NCBI GenBank assembly: GCA_016926835.1
Contig: JAFGNX010000116.1
Location: 5,639 to 69,638 of the forward strand
Direction of reading: 5' to 3'
Length of the DNA: 64,000 nucleotides
Source of the DNA: Candidatus Aminicenantes bacterium
GTDB lineage: Bacteria; Acidobacteriota; Aminicenantia; UBA2199
Under the pieces are notes generated by a model. That model had not been told where the DNA came from. It saw only the letters and a list, made by a program, of their open reading frames with translations, and ran no database searches. A program made the position numbers and the translations under genes. How positions within the stretch are numbered: position 1 is the first letter of the stretch; every line of letters starts with the position of its first letter. This document shows positions 49,836 through 59,433 of this stretch, in pieces.

Positions 49836-50273
49836 ATGGGACTATTTGATTTTATCAAGGATGCGGGTAAAGCCATCGGACTGGTTGATGAAGCCGGCGC
49901 CGGCGAGCGCCTGGTTGAGGAGATCCGTTCACTGAATCTGGACGTAGAGGACCTTTCCGTTGGTTTTTCCGACGGTACGGCAAAAATATCCGGCCGTGTA
50001 AAAACCCAGGAGTTGCGCGAGAAGGTTATCCTGGCCGCCGGAAACGTGGCCGGAGTTGAAAAGGTGGACGACAATCTGACCGTCGAGCAGCAGGCTCCCC
50101 AGGCGCTTTTTCACACGGTAGAGCGCGGAGACACGTTGTCGGCCATTGCCAAGAAGTTTTACGGCAGTCCGATGAAGTACATGGTGATTTTCAAGGCCAA
50201 CCAGCCTTTGCTCAAGGACCCGGACAGGATTTATCCCGGCCAGGTCCTGCGGATTCCCGAAATCAAGGAATAA
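49836..50273 (+). CDS. ygaU: BON-LysM protein (YgaU/Kbp-like)
   Basis: N-terminal BON domain, C-terminal LysM (ERGDTLSAIAKKFYG...YPGQVLRIP); RBS AGGAGGAAAACC. Confidence 0.75.
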   Translation: MGLFDFIKDAGKAIGLVDEAGAGERLVEEIRSLNLDVEDLSVGFSDGTAKISGRVKTQELREKVILAAGNVAGVEKVDDNLTVEQQAPQALFHTVERGDTLSAIAKKFYGSPMKYMVIFKANQPLLKDPDRIYPGQVLRIPEIKE

Positions 50274-50281
50274 CCCCCCCC

Positions 50282-50311
50282 GCCGGGAAAGGACATTTGT
50301 CCTTTCCCGGC
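50282..50311 (+). other. Perfect 13-bp stem hairpin directly after ygaU stop
   Basis: gccgggaaaggac-attt-gtcctttcccggc. Confidence 0.5.
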
Positions 50312-50320
50312 ACAGCCTTT

Positions 50321-50354
50321 CACAACCCGCCGTATCATGGCGGCGTTTTTCCTG
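50321..50354 (+). terminator. Intrinsic terminator (short GC stem + T-rich tract)
   Basis: cgccg-tatcatgg-cggcg followed by tttttcctgtttcttt. Confidence 0.5.
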
Positions 50355-50398
50355 TTTCTTTGAGTCCCGCGTGACATATCACTTCCCTTCCCGAAGGC

Positions 50399-50430
50399 AT
50401 TGACACGCGGACACATTTCCCATATAATGT
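50399..50430 (+). promoter_or_regulatory. Consensus sigma70 promoter TTGACA-17-TATAAT upstream of DUF134-NifX gene
   Basis: ttgacacgcggacacatttcccatataat, perfect -35 and -10 hexamers with 17-bp spacer. Confidence 0.6.
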
Positions 50431-50456
50431 GCATATGCTCAAAATAATGATTTCCC

Positions 50457-51098
50457 ATGGGTCGTAAAAAAAAACACCGCGCTTGCAGGCTGCTGCAAAA
50501 AGACCGTATTATCGGTCCCACATCAGCCAAGGAAGTTTGCGGGGTCGCGCTCATGGAAGCCGATGAATTCGAGGCATTGCGACTGTGCGACCTGGATAAT
50601 TTGGACCAGACCACAGCTGCGTCCATTATGAATGTCTCCCGGGCCACGATCCAGCGCATGCTGCGTGCCGGGCGCCGGAAGATGGTTGCCGCTTTGCTGA
50701 ACCGCTACACCATTCGCATCAAAGGAGAAACCCACATGAACATCTGTATCCCCACCGTTGACGACATGGGCCTGCAATCAACTGTCAGCCCCCATTTTGG
50801 CATGGCCCCCTTTTTTACCCTGGTGAACACTGAAACCATGGAAACCCGCGGGGTTGCAAATGAACGCATCGAACACGGGCAAGGCGCTTGCAAGCCCCTG
50901 GCCGGCCTGGAAGGTTTTGCTGTAGACGTATTGATTGTATCCGGAATGGGCCATCGCGCCATTGCGCGTTTAGCTGAATCCGGGACGCAGGCCTTTCTGT
51001 TTGGCGGAAAAACCGTGGCTGACGCGATCAAAGCATGGCGGTCGAATGAACTTCAGCCCTTAACCCCGAATGCGGCCTGCAGCGGACACGGTCGATAA
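50457..51098 (+). CDS. DUF134 (UPF0251 HTH) fused to dinitrogenase FeMo-cofactor-binding (NifX/NifB-like) domain
   Basis: N-terminal DUF134 DNA-binding-like region, C-terminal NifX-fold (MAPFFTLVNTETME...GAC...VLIVSGMG). Confidence 0.6.
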   Translation: MGRKKKHRACRLLQKDRIIGPTSAKEVCGVALMEADEFEALRLCDLDNLDQTTAASIMNVSRATIQRMLRAGRRKMVAALLNRYTIRIKGETHMNICIPTVDDMGLQSTVSPHFGMAPFFTLVNTETMETRGVANERIEHGQGACKPLAGLEGFAVDVLIVSGMGHRAIARLAESGTQAFLFGGKTVADAIKAWRSNELQPLTPNAACSGHGR

Positions 51099-51104
51099 CC
51101 GGAA

Positions 51105-51404
51105 TCAATCCCGCTGTCCTGTTCTGCGGATCAGGTGATAACCGAACCGGGTCTGGACCACAGGACTGATTCCGCTGCCGGACAGTTTTTGCAGGGCACG
51201 TTCAAATTCGGCAACCATCTTTCCCGGACCAAACCATCCCAGATCCCCGCCCTTTGATTTGCTGGGACAAACGGAATATCGCCTCGCCATGTCGGCAAAG
51301 GGGGCGCCAGATTGGATTTCGCGACGAATCTTTTCCGCCAGGTTACGATCTTTCACCAGAATATGGCTGGCTCTCCACTCCATCGTTTGGGCTCCTATCC
51401 ACAC
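51105..51404 (-). CDS. ppiC: Parvulin-type peptidyl-prolyl cis-trans isomerase (PpiC)
   Basis: 99 aa parvulin fold: ASHILVK...GGDLGWF...GYHLI. Confidence 0.85.
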   Translation of the reverse strand: MWIGAQTMEWRASHILVKDRNLAEKIRREIQSGAPFADMARRYSVCPSKSKGGDLGWFGPGKMVAEFERALQKLSGSGISPVVQTRFGYHLIRRTGQRD

Positions 51405-51913
51405 TATTGCGTATTTTCCGGCGCATCTTTTTTCTCACCGGATTGCCGGATCCAGGATTCGAGCAACGGTTTTTCCGGATCCTGGGGATACAGTTCCAGG
51501 GCGCGGCGGGCCAATGCGCCGGCTTCGCTGTGATTCCCGTCCCGTTTAAGCGATGCCGCCAGGTTTTTGATGGCGACAATGAAGCCGGGGTTCAACTCCA
51601 CAGCCCGGCGAAAAGCCGCGATTTCCCTTTCGCGCATGGCAGGATCTTTGCTTTGGTTGTACTGAAACCGGTAAGCCATGCCCAGCAGATTATGTGCCAG
51701 TGAATTTCCGGGCTCTTTTTCAACAGCTTGCACGTACGCATCTGCCGCTCGTGCGTATTCTTTTTCCTGAAAGTGCCTCATTCCCTGTTGAATCCATTCC
51801 TGCGCCGACTTTCGGGGCGCATTGCAACCCCATACGGCGAAAAGGATCGCTGCCATAGTACAGCCTATCCCCCCCACCTGCCTGGAATTCTTTTTTCCCG
51901 TTGATCTCGTCAT
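51404..51913 (-). CDS. TPR-repeat lipoprotein
   Basis: Lipobox LFAVWGC then TPR repeats; RBS GGGAGG; start trimmed from long track ORF. Confidence 0.6.
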   Translation of the reverse strand: MTRSTGKKNSRQVGGIGCTMAAILFAVWGCNAPRKSAQEWIQQGMRHFQEKEYARAADAYVQAVEKEPGNSLAHNLLGMAYRFQYNQSKDPAMREREIAAFRRAVELNPGFIVAIKNLAASLKRDGNHSEAGALARRALELYPQDPEKPLLESWIRQSGEKKDAPENTQ

Positions 51914-52025
51914 TTCATTCCTCCCTGAAAAGTTGATGTCCGGTGCTTGCTGAAAACAAAAAAACCGGCAGGCATGCGTCCGAAACGGGATGACAAACAT
52001 CATGAATTCTGATTGATCCCCGTGG

Positions 52026-54641
52026 TCATGTTTTTTTGTCTCTCTCCCATGCGGATCGCAGGAAAGCGTTGAACAGGAATTTGTAGGTTCCATGACTCTG
52101 CGCACGACTCTGGGGGCGGAATCCAAACAGGACAATCCTGCCCTTGCCGAACTTGAGATCCACAAGCGCCGCTTTGCGGGCCAGGTGGGACTCTCCCAGC
52201 AGCCATCCGCTCTCCAGGATTTCCCTTTCAGGATAACGCACCACAACCCTCCGCTGCCAGGGTTCCCGGGGAATCCAGGTGGAGAATGCGGGACTGTCGG
52301 AAAACACCACCGCCGCTTTTTTCCGCATTCCCAGGCCCAGGGCGTGTTCGATATCCACCTCTACCCCGAGAATGGACATGGGGCAGAAAAACTCGTCGCG
52401 CTTCAGTCCCTGCAAAATGTTGCGAACCGGTGGCGTAAACTCCTTCAGAACCAGTTCTGAAGCGCGGTTCAGGCAAACCAGGTGGCCACCTTCACGCACG
52501 AATTTCTGTAACGCCTCAACTCCCTGCTTTCCGATTCCGCCCTGGTATCCGGGCGGAAGTGCAGAATAGTAACGCTTCCATGGGGAATCAGGAGCCGGCT
52601 CACCCTTCACAACCAGATGCGGGTCTTCCGAAGGCAATACAATGATATCAAAATCCGTGTTCAATCCGTTTTTTCTTTCCGAGCTTGAAATCTGCTTGTT
52701 GTGCAGGGTCTGGTAACGAATGCCGGCATCGTCCAGCATGTAACGGGTCCAGCCTTCATCCATATTGGCATTCCAGGACTGGTACACGCCGATCCTGGGA
52801 AAACGCAATTTTACCAGGCCGGCGGGAAGTTCCCCATCACCAGAGCGAAGAGAAAAACCCAGCTCCTGCTGCAACTTGTCGATTTCCTGGCGGCTTTTGG
52901 GATTCAGGGAAACCACGAAATCACCACATTCAACCGCCTGTTTGCCCTCTTTGTCCCCAGCTTCGATTTTTCGCCGCACGGACACTCCGGAATCCATTAA
53001 AGCAAAAACCGCCTGGTGCGCGGCGTTTTCGCCGCCTTTCAACACCGCCCATCCCGTTTTTTCCGGCATGCGCACCCGGGGTTCCAGTACCTCGGAGATT
53101 TTTTCCATCTCAGCGGCAAACCGGCCCTCTACCGGAATACACTCCACGCCCATCTGCAGGGGCAAGGTCCACCCCGCGTTGTCGTAGGGGGGTATGGGCG
53201 GACCGCCCGGATACTGTCGCATGTCCGGATAACGCTGGCGTTCCAGCAAAGCCTGGGCATATGGCTGATAAGGTTGATTCATGTTGATCACCCAGGTCCC
53301 TGCGGGCACCAGGCGCCGCCCAGTCTGGGAATCTGCCGTGGTCCGGTGCACTTCAACACCGCCGAGTTGCAGGATGCGGAGCATGCGACGAGCGGTCGGC
53401 TCGTCGTGCTGGACTTCCGGGATCAGGAACGCCGTGACTTCACTTTCTCTTTGACCGTCAACCGCGTCCCGGCACATGCGGTAAAAATTCATTAAAAACG
53501 ATTGCCGGTACAAAGAAGCGGCCTCGATCAATCCGAATGACAGCGTGAGCTCGTAATCCACAATATCCCGCAAACGCCACCATCCTCCCCGCCAGGGATG
53601 GGGAAACTGCATGCTTTTCTGGTAGTAATCGTCACTGATTTCACCCGGATCAACATAAACCGGGGTGGCAATCTGTACGGACGCCATTTCACTAAGAATA
53701 CCGACCGAGTTGTGAAGCCAGGATGTGTCGTCACAAGCGCCGATCCACCATCCGGTAAAACTGCGGCCATGTACCACCCCGGAGCGACCCTCTTCTTCCA
53801 GGCGATAGGCCATGTGGCTGCCGCAAATGGCGATTCCCCGCCACACCAGTGGATGAACCGGCCCGGTTGGCGGGTCTTTAAAAGGGGGGATAAACAGGCG
53901 CGCACCGGAAGAACCCATCTGGTGTTCATCGATATGGATCTGAGGAATCCAATCGTGGAAAAGAACGCGCATGAGAGCCCGTGTTTCCGGCAAATTGCCC
54001 ATGAACCAATCACGGTTGTTGTCATGTCCGGCATAGGGATGATAAAGCCAGGGCATTCGCCCACCGTCGTAAAGGGTCCCCCGGTGCTTTCTGTACCAGT
54101 CGGTCACCATCTGGACGCCGTCGGGATTAATGGTGGGAACCACTAATAAGATTACGTTATCCATCACTTCCTGACTGGAAAAAGGCGTCTGGCCCGTTGT
54201 CAGTCTCCAGGCAAGCTCCATGCTCATTTGTGACGCCCCGATCTCGGTGGCGTGCAGACTGCAGGTGATCATCAGGATCGTCCGCCCGGTTTGTGCGAGT
54301 TTTAAAGCATCCTCTCTGGACAAATCCCGAGCATCCCGCAGTTTCCTTGCAATGTCACGGTAATGGTCCGCGTTTTTTAAATTGGCCGGCGATGAAATGA
54401 CCGCCATAACCAGCGGACGCCCTTGGACGGTTTTTCCGATTTCGAGCAACTGCATGCGATCGGTTTCTTTGTCCAGAAGGCGAAAATATTCCAGGATCTG
54501 AGTATAATCCGCAAGTTTTCCATCCGTTCCCACTTCATGACCCAGAAAATCTCTTGGTGACGTCTGGGCGCCCAATGGCGGCAGGAAAGTCAACATGCAC
54601 AGAATCAACAACAAACAGGCCGGCAAGTGTTTTGCGTTCAT
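52026..54641 (-). CDS. Large secreted M14-family zinc carboxypeptidase-like protein
   Basis: Signal peptide MNAKHLPACLLLILCMLTF, M14 HxxE zinc motif (LHATE) and downstream carboxypeptidase-like region, long C-terminal extension; about 871 aa from ATG 54641. Confidence 0.6.
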   Translation of the reverse strand: MNAKHLPACLLLILCMLTFLPPLGAQTSPRDFLGHEVGTDGKLADYTQILEYFRLLDKETDRMQLLEIGKTVQGRPLVMAVISSPANLKNADHYRDIARKLRDARDLSREDALKLAQTGRTILMITCSLHATEIGASQMSMELAWRLTTGQTPFSSQEVMDNVILLVVPTINPDGVQMVTDWYRKHRGTLYDGGRMPWLYHPYAGHDNNRDWFMGNLPETRALMRVLFHDWIPQIHIDEHQMGSSGARLFIPPFKDPPTGPVHPLVWRGIAICGSHMAYRLEEEGRSGVVHGRSFTGWWIGACDDTSWLHNSVGILSEMASVQIATPVYVDPGEISDDYYQKSMQFPHPWRGGWWRLRDIVDYELTLSFGLIEAASLYRQSFLMNFYRMCRDAVDGQRESEVTAFLIPEVQHDEPTARRMLRILQLGGVEVHRTTADSQTGRRLVPAGTWVINMNQPYQPYAQALLERQRYPDMRQYPGGPPIPPYDNAGWTLPLQMGVECIPVEGRFAAEMEKISEVLEPRVRMPEKTGWAVLKGGENAAHQAVFALMDSGVSVRRKIEAGDKEGKQAVECGDFVVSLNPKSRQEIDKLQQELGFSLRSGDGELPAGLVKLRFPRIGVYQSWNANMDEGWTRYMLDDAGIRYQTLHNKQISSSERKNGLNTDFDIIVLPSEDPHLVVKGEPAPDSPWKRYYSALPPGYQGGIGKQGVEALQKFVREGGHLVCLNRASELVLKEFTPPVRNILQGLKRDEFFCPMSILGVEVDIEHALGLGMRKKAAVVFSDSPAFSTWIPREPWQRRVVVRYPEREILESGWLLGESHLARKAALVDLKFGKGRIVLFGFRPQSRAQSHGTYKFLFNAFLRSAWERDKKT

Positions 54642-54846
54642 GAGTGCTCCCAGCAGGGATCCGTATTGACAGATCCAGCTGATCATGATTGTAAAGGAAA
54701 AAGATGAAAATTGGCAATAGCGGCTTCGACGGCCTGGCGGATCGGTCAGAACAAACCGTTTACGAGGCCCGTATGTTAAGTCTTGGTTATAAATCACCCG
54801 GTTTGCAACCATTGAGGTTTGAAAAGACGATTCAGGAGGTGTCAAT

Positions 54847-55167
54847 ATGATCGTGACCACCACTCATTCCATTGAGGGCAAAAAAATCCACGCGTACCTG
54901 GGCCTGGTCACAGGCGAAGCCATTATGGGAGCCAATCTGTTTAAGGACCTGTTTGCGGGTATCCGTGACCTGGTTGGCGGCCGCTCAGCCGCGTACGAGC
55001 GGGAATTGCACCGGGCACGGCAGGTGGCCTTGAAAGAACTCGAAGAACGGGCCGCCGCCCTCGGAGCCGACTCGGTTGTGGGCGTGGATATCGATTACGA
55101 AGTGTTGGGCCAGACAAACGGCATGTTGATGGTGTCGGTCAGTGGAACCGCGGTGAAAACCGGATAA
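54847..55167 (+). CDS. ybjQ: YbjQ/UPF0145 family protein
   Basis: 106 aa, classic YbjQ sequence ([11 protein letters not shown]...[12 protein letters not shown]...GGRS...YE); RBS CAGGAGGTG. Confidence 0.8.
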   Translation: MIVTTTHSIEGKKIHAYLGLVTGEAIMGANLFKDLFAGIRDLVGGRSAAYERELHRARQVALKELEERAAALGADSVVGVDIDYEVLGQTNGMLMVSVSGTAVKTG

Positions 55168-55174
55168 GACTTTT

Positions 55175-55378
55175 TTATCCCCGGTTGCCTGCATTCACTG
55201 CCAAGACCGCCAGGTAAATTGATGCGGCCGCCGCTGCCGTGACAATGCTGACAACAACGAAAGCTGTCAACCATCCCGAAATAAAATTCTGCGGCAACAG
55301 TTCTCCCGCAAGCCGCAATGCTCCGGGAAGCAGGATGGCTCCGCACAACAACAATTTACTTTTTCCTTTACACCTCAT
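55175..55378 (-). CDS. Hypothetical small two-TM membrane protein
   Basis: 67 aa from ATG 55378 with RBS GGAGA; two hydrophobic helices; no recognised family. Confidence 0.3.
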   Translation of the reverse strand: MRCKGKSKLLLCGAILLPGALRLAGELLPQNFISGWLTAFVVVSIVTAAAAASIYLAVLAVNAGNRG

Positions 55379-55525
55379 TTTATCTCCTCTCTCTGTCAAG
55401 CGCCGGCCTGTTGCCACTCACTTTAATATGAGGGATGACGAGTGTTCTGTCAACTCATCCTGATCCCGTTCCCATTATGAGGTGGACGTGTTGTTGTAAA
55501 TGGGCTACAATCCGTATAAACCCAA

Positions 55526-56572
55526 ATGGATTCCGACAGCCGACTGCATATCCTGTTGCCAAGCCGCCTGGTTCTGGAAAACTACAAAGAAATCCAGAAC
55601 CATTTGGGCCGTTTAAATCCCGAAGATCCGGTTTTGCTGGACTTCTCCCAGGTTGAACAGATGGATTCAACCGGCGCGGCCATGATCAGTTACCTGAACA
55701 AGACATATCCCGATATCCGCTGCGATGGCCTCTCCCCTCGCCTGAAACACATGCTGGATGTGTTCACCGGCACCGATGCACCCACGCCGGACTCGGGAGA
55801 ACCGGCAAAAACCCTCCCCTCTTCCCACTGGGGCGAATCAGTGAAACAGTTCATGGTACTCATGGCTGATGAATTCGCTCACGTATGGCATTACCTTTGG
55901 CGGCGACGCGGCGTGTACCCCGGAGAAATCCACCATCAACTCTTCCAGATGGGATACGGTTCCTACTGGATTGTCAGTGTCATCACCTTCCTGGTGGGTG
56001 TTACGATTGCCTTGACCTCGGCCAAGCAACTCAATGATTTCGGGGCCAACATCTTTCTGGCGGATGTGGTGGGATTCGGTATGATTCGTGAACTTGTTCC
56101 CCTAATGACCGGCATCATCCTGGCCGGCAAAGTGGGCGCTTCCATTACCGCCGAGATCGCCTCGATGAAAGTATTGGAAGAGGTGGACGCTCTGCACACC
56201 ATGGGGCTGAACCCTGAAAAATTCCTCATGGTTCCACGACTCATCGCCATTGGCCTGGCGGTGCCCCTACTGGTAACTCTGGCGAACATCGTGGGGATTT
56301 TCGGCGGCATGTTGGTCGGCAAATTCTACTCGGGAATCTCTTTTAAAGCATTCTACCAGGAAATGCTGACAATAGTGGAACTGGATGATGTATTGATCGG
56401 TCTGGGAAAGACCTTGGTATTCGGGTGGGTGATCGTGATCAGCAGCGGATTCAAGGGATTCTCCGTATCCCGTGGCGCCTTGGGCGTGGGAATCGCGACC
56501 ACGGAATCAGTGGTGTTGTCCATTTCCCTGATCATCGTTCTGGACAGCATCTTCGCGCTCTTGATGTATTGA
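55526..56572 (+). CDS. mlaE: MlaE-family ABC permease with N-terminal STAS domain
   Basis: N-terminal STAS-like module then MlaE/YrbE permease core. Confidence 0.75.
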   Translation: MDSDSRLHILLPSRLVLENYKEIQNHLGRLNPEDPVLLDFSQVEQMDSTGAAMISYLNKTYPDIRCDGLSPRLKHMLDVFTGTDAPTPDSGEPAKTLPSSHWGESVKQFMVLMADEFAHVWHYLWRRRGVYPGEIHHQLFQMGYGSYWIVSVITFLVGVTIALTSAKQLNDFGANIFLADVVGFGMIRELVPLMTGIILAGKVGASITAEIASMKVLEEVDALHTMGLNPEKFLMVPRLIAIGLAVPLLVTLANIVGIFGGMLVGKFYSGISFKAFYQEMLTIVELDDVLIGLGKTLVFGWVIVISSGFKGFSVSRGALGVGIATTESVVLSISLIIVLDSIFALLMY

Positions 56573-56573
56573 C

Positions 56574-57341
56574 ATGAGAGAAGAAACCATTATCCAGACT
56601 CACGGCCTGAGCATTGGATACCACGGAACCGTGGTGGCTTCAGACATCGACCTCACGGTAAAACGTGGCCGTATCGTCGTTGTGTTGGGCAAGAGCGGTT
56701 GCGGAAAATCCACCTTGTTGAAAACCGTTATCGGCCTGCTGCCGCCGATATCCGGAACCGTTGAATTCGACGGCAACCCGGTCGACTTCAACTCAGAGCA
56801 ATCCCTGCAGCGGCTCTTTCGCCGCATCGGGGTTTTATATCAGAACAGCGCTTTGCTGAATTCCCTGAACCTGTATGAAAATGTCGCCTTGCCCATCACC
56901 ATGCACCATCCCGCCATCAGTCACGAAATCAGACGTGAGATGGTGACCAACCGGTTGCGCCAGGTGGGTATGGCTCCGGAAATGGAGCGATACCCGGCCG
57001 AACTCAGCGGGGGGATGCGAAAACGGGCCGCCCTGGCACGCGCCATGATCCTGGATCCCGAAGTCATTTTCTGTGATGAGCCTTCGGCCGGCCTAGACCC
57101 CATCACTGCCTCCGGCCTGGATGAATTGATGCTCAATTTGAAAGAGTTACTGGGAATCACATTTTTGGTTGTCACGCATGAGTTGCGATCGATTGAACGC
57201 ATCGCGGATGATGTGCTGGTGATCCAGGAAAAAAGCATTCGCTTCAACGGGCCCTTCCAGCAGTTGAGAGATTCGTCCGATCCTTTTATTCGGGCGTTTT
57301 TTCTCCGCGACAAGGCAGATGCAAAGGAATTGTCATCATGA
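56574..57341 (+). CDS. mlaF: MlaF-like ABC transporter ATP-binding protein
   Basis: Walker A GKSGCGKST, signature LSGGMRKR, Walker B ILDPEVIFCDEP. Confidence 0.85.
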   Translation: MREETIIQTHGLSIGYHGTVVASDIDLTVKRGRIVVVLGKSGCGKSTLLKTVIGLLPPISGTVEFDGNPVDFNSEQSLQRLFRRIGVLYQNSALLNSLNLYENVALPITMHHPAISHEIRREMVTNRLRQVGMAPEMERYPAELSGGMRKRAALARAMILDPEVIFCDEPSAGLDPITASGLDELMLNLKELLGITFLVVTHELRSIERIADDVLVIQEKSIRFNGPFQQLRDSSDPFIRAFFLRDKADAKELSS

Positions 57342-58285
57342 TTACCAAGGAACAAAAAAAACGTCTGCATGTATTCCTGGTTGTATCCACCATTTTGTTG
57401 ATCGCGGCACTGGGCTCGTTTGTCATCCCGCTGATTCAACACCGTGGAGACTTGTACGCCATAAATTTTACCGGAATTTCCGTGAGCGGACTGGAAAAAG
57501 GTTCCACGGTAAAATACCAGGGCGTGCGTGTTGGCAGTACGGAGGAGATCAACGTCAACCCGAAGGACCTTAAATCCATCCTGGTTTCGGTTCGCATTCA
57601 ACGCCATTTCAAGGTCAAGGCCGACATGAAGGCCAAGCTCATGTTTACCGGTATTACCGGGCTGAAATTCATAGAGCTCTATGGAGGCAGCAACGAATCA
57701 CCCTGTATCTCTCCTGGAGACAGTATCCCCACTGAACCCGGCATGGGAGAAAAGGCCGAAGACATCGTGCAAAACATCGATGAAGCAGTGAAACGCATCA
57801 ACGAAGTCCTCAGCCCCCGCAATCAGCAGAATCTTGAAGAATTCGTCGAACATCTCAATAAAACCGCAACCGTACTGAGCGAAGTGTTCAACATTCGCCG
57901 TGTCAATCTCGAAGAATTGCTGATCCAACTTGACAGTGCTTCGTCCAATCTCGAGCGCTCGACAAAGGAATTGAACGTGTTTCTGGCCAACCTGAACCGC
58001 GCCCTGCCGGCTGATCGCCTGGATCGAATCGGCCGGGATCTGGAAATATCCTTAAGCAGTCTTTCTCAACGCTTATCGACAGACGAACTTGGCAAGTTAA
58101 TTCGAACAACCGATGCCGGTATTCAGCGCATCAGCACCGCCATCGTGGATTTAAAGCGGGAAATCGGCAGAGCCGTTGAAGTGATCCACGACGCCTTTGC
58201 CGACCTCAGGTTGTTTACACGCCGCCTGGATGAAGATCCCAACATCCTGATCCGCAAAAGCAAACGCCGGAGGTCCAAACCATGA
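57338..58285 (+). CDS. mlaD: MlaD-like MCE-domain substrate-binding protein
   Basis: N-terminal TM, MCE domain, long C-terminal helical extension. Confidence 0.8.
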   Translation: MITKEQKKRLHVFLVVSTILLIAALGSFVIPLIQHRGDLYAINFTGISVSGLEKGSTVKYQGVRVGSTEEINVNPKDLKSILVSVRIQRHFKVKADMKAKLMFTGITGLKFIELYGGSNESPCISPGDSIPTEPGMGEKAEDIVQNIDEAVKRINEVLSPRNQQNLEEFVEHLNKTATVLSEVFNIRRVNLEELLIQLDSASSNLERSTKELNVFLANLNRALPADRLDRIGRDLEISLSSLSQRLSTDELGKLIRTTDAGIQRISTAIVDLKREIGRAVEVIHDAFADLRLFTRRLDEDPNILIRKSKRRRSKP

Positions 58286-58881
58286 AACGCATAACGCCTG
58301 CGGCCCTGGCCGTCATCATGCTATGGCTGGGATGCACCACCGCTACCGAGAAACGCTATTATCAACTGCATATATCCACACCGCCCCAACCAATCAGCAC
58401 CGCTCCCTTTCCGGGAACCATCCTGGTACTTGATGCGGCTGTTGATCGGATTTACGAAGGTTATCGGCTGGTATACCGCCTATCACCCTACCAGCTGGAT
58501 TTCTATAACTACGAGTATTGGATTAAAAAGCCGTCTCACATGATCCGTGAGGCCCTGGTCAGCTATCTGAAAGAACGGAATGTATTTTCCCGCCACATCC
58601 TGTCCGACGATGAAGCCGAGCCGGACTGGATATTGCACAGCCGGGTGGATGCCCTGGAAGAATGCGATCAGAGAGATGCCTGGTACGCCCATCTCTCCAT
58701 GTCCATCCGCATCGTTGATCGTCGCGGCAAACGGATTCTGGTGGAGCACCGTTTTGATCGCATGGATCGGCTTGCCCGCCGGGACTCGCGCCTGCTTCCC
58801 GGAGCCCTTTCCAATATCCTTCGAACCGAGTTGGACAAAATGGTTCTCAAATTGCAACAGACCGCCGCCATTTCTCCTTGA
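58282..58881 (+). CDS. ABC-transport auxiliary lipoprotein (DUF330/YmbA-like)
   Basis: Lipobox MLWLGC; typical lipoprotein gene following MCE operons; overlaps mlaD end. Confidence 0.55.
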   Translation: MKRITPAALAVIMLWLGCTTATEKRYYQLHISTPPQPISTAPFPGTILVLDAAVDRIYEGYRLVYRLSPYQLDFYNYEYWIKKPSHMIREALVSYLKERNVFSRHILSDDEAEPDWILHSRVDALEECDQRDAWYAHLSMSIRIVDRRGKRILVEHRFDRMDRLARRDSRLLPGALSNILRTELDKMVLKLQQTAAISP

Positions 58882-58979
58882 TGTCTGTTTCGCTCATTGC
58901 AACCACATCCAGACGATTGGCGAAGAACACGGTATGCCGTATTCTTGACAGTGCCGGCTGAATCGTTTAGTCTCTAACC

Positions 58980-59429
58980 ATGCTTGAAAAAAGGCCGCCA
59001 TCAAATCCTTACGTGCGAATCGGCCGTATTGACAAACACAATCCCGTTTCTTTCCAGCAAGTTGTCAACCTGTATAAAAATACCGGCTGGCTGGAAAGTC
59101 ATGATAGACAAAGCGACACCTGGGTCCCGATCCTCATTGCCGGCAGTCTGTGTTGCTTCGGAGCTTTTCACGACAAAAAACTGGTCGGTTTCGGACGCGC
59201 CATTTCGGACACCGTATCCGATGCCTATATTCAGGATGTGATGGTATCCGATTCATATCGCGGACAAGGCCTGGGCCGTCGGATCGTGAATGCAATTCTC
59301 GAAGAGCTCCGCAGCCGCCATATCAACTGGATCGGCTTGATTTCCACACCCGGGACGGCTGAGTTTTACCGCCGCCTGGGATTTACCAGCCTGCGCGGAC
59401 ACGTCCCCATGCGTTTTAGCGGAAAATAA
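58980..59429 (+). CDS. GNAT family N-acetyltransferase
   Basis: Acetyl-CoA binding motif A: QDVMVSDSYRGQGLGRRIV. Confidence 0.75.
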   Translation: MLEKRPPSNPYVRIGRIDKHNPVSFQQVVNLYKNTGWLESHDRQSDTWVPILIAGSLCCFGAFHDKKLVGFGRAISDTVSDAYIQDVMVSDSYRGQGLGRRIVNAILEELRSRHINWIGLISTPGTAEFYRRLGFTSLRGHVPMRFSGK

Positions 59430-59433
59430 ACCC

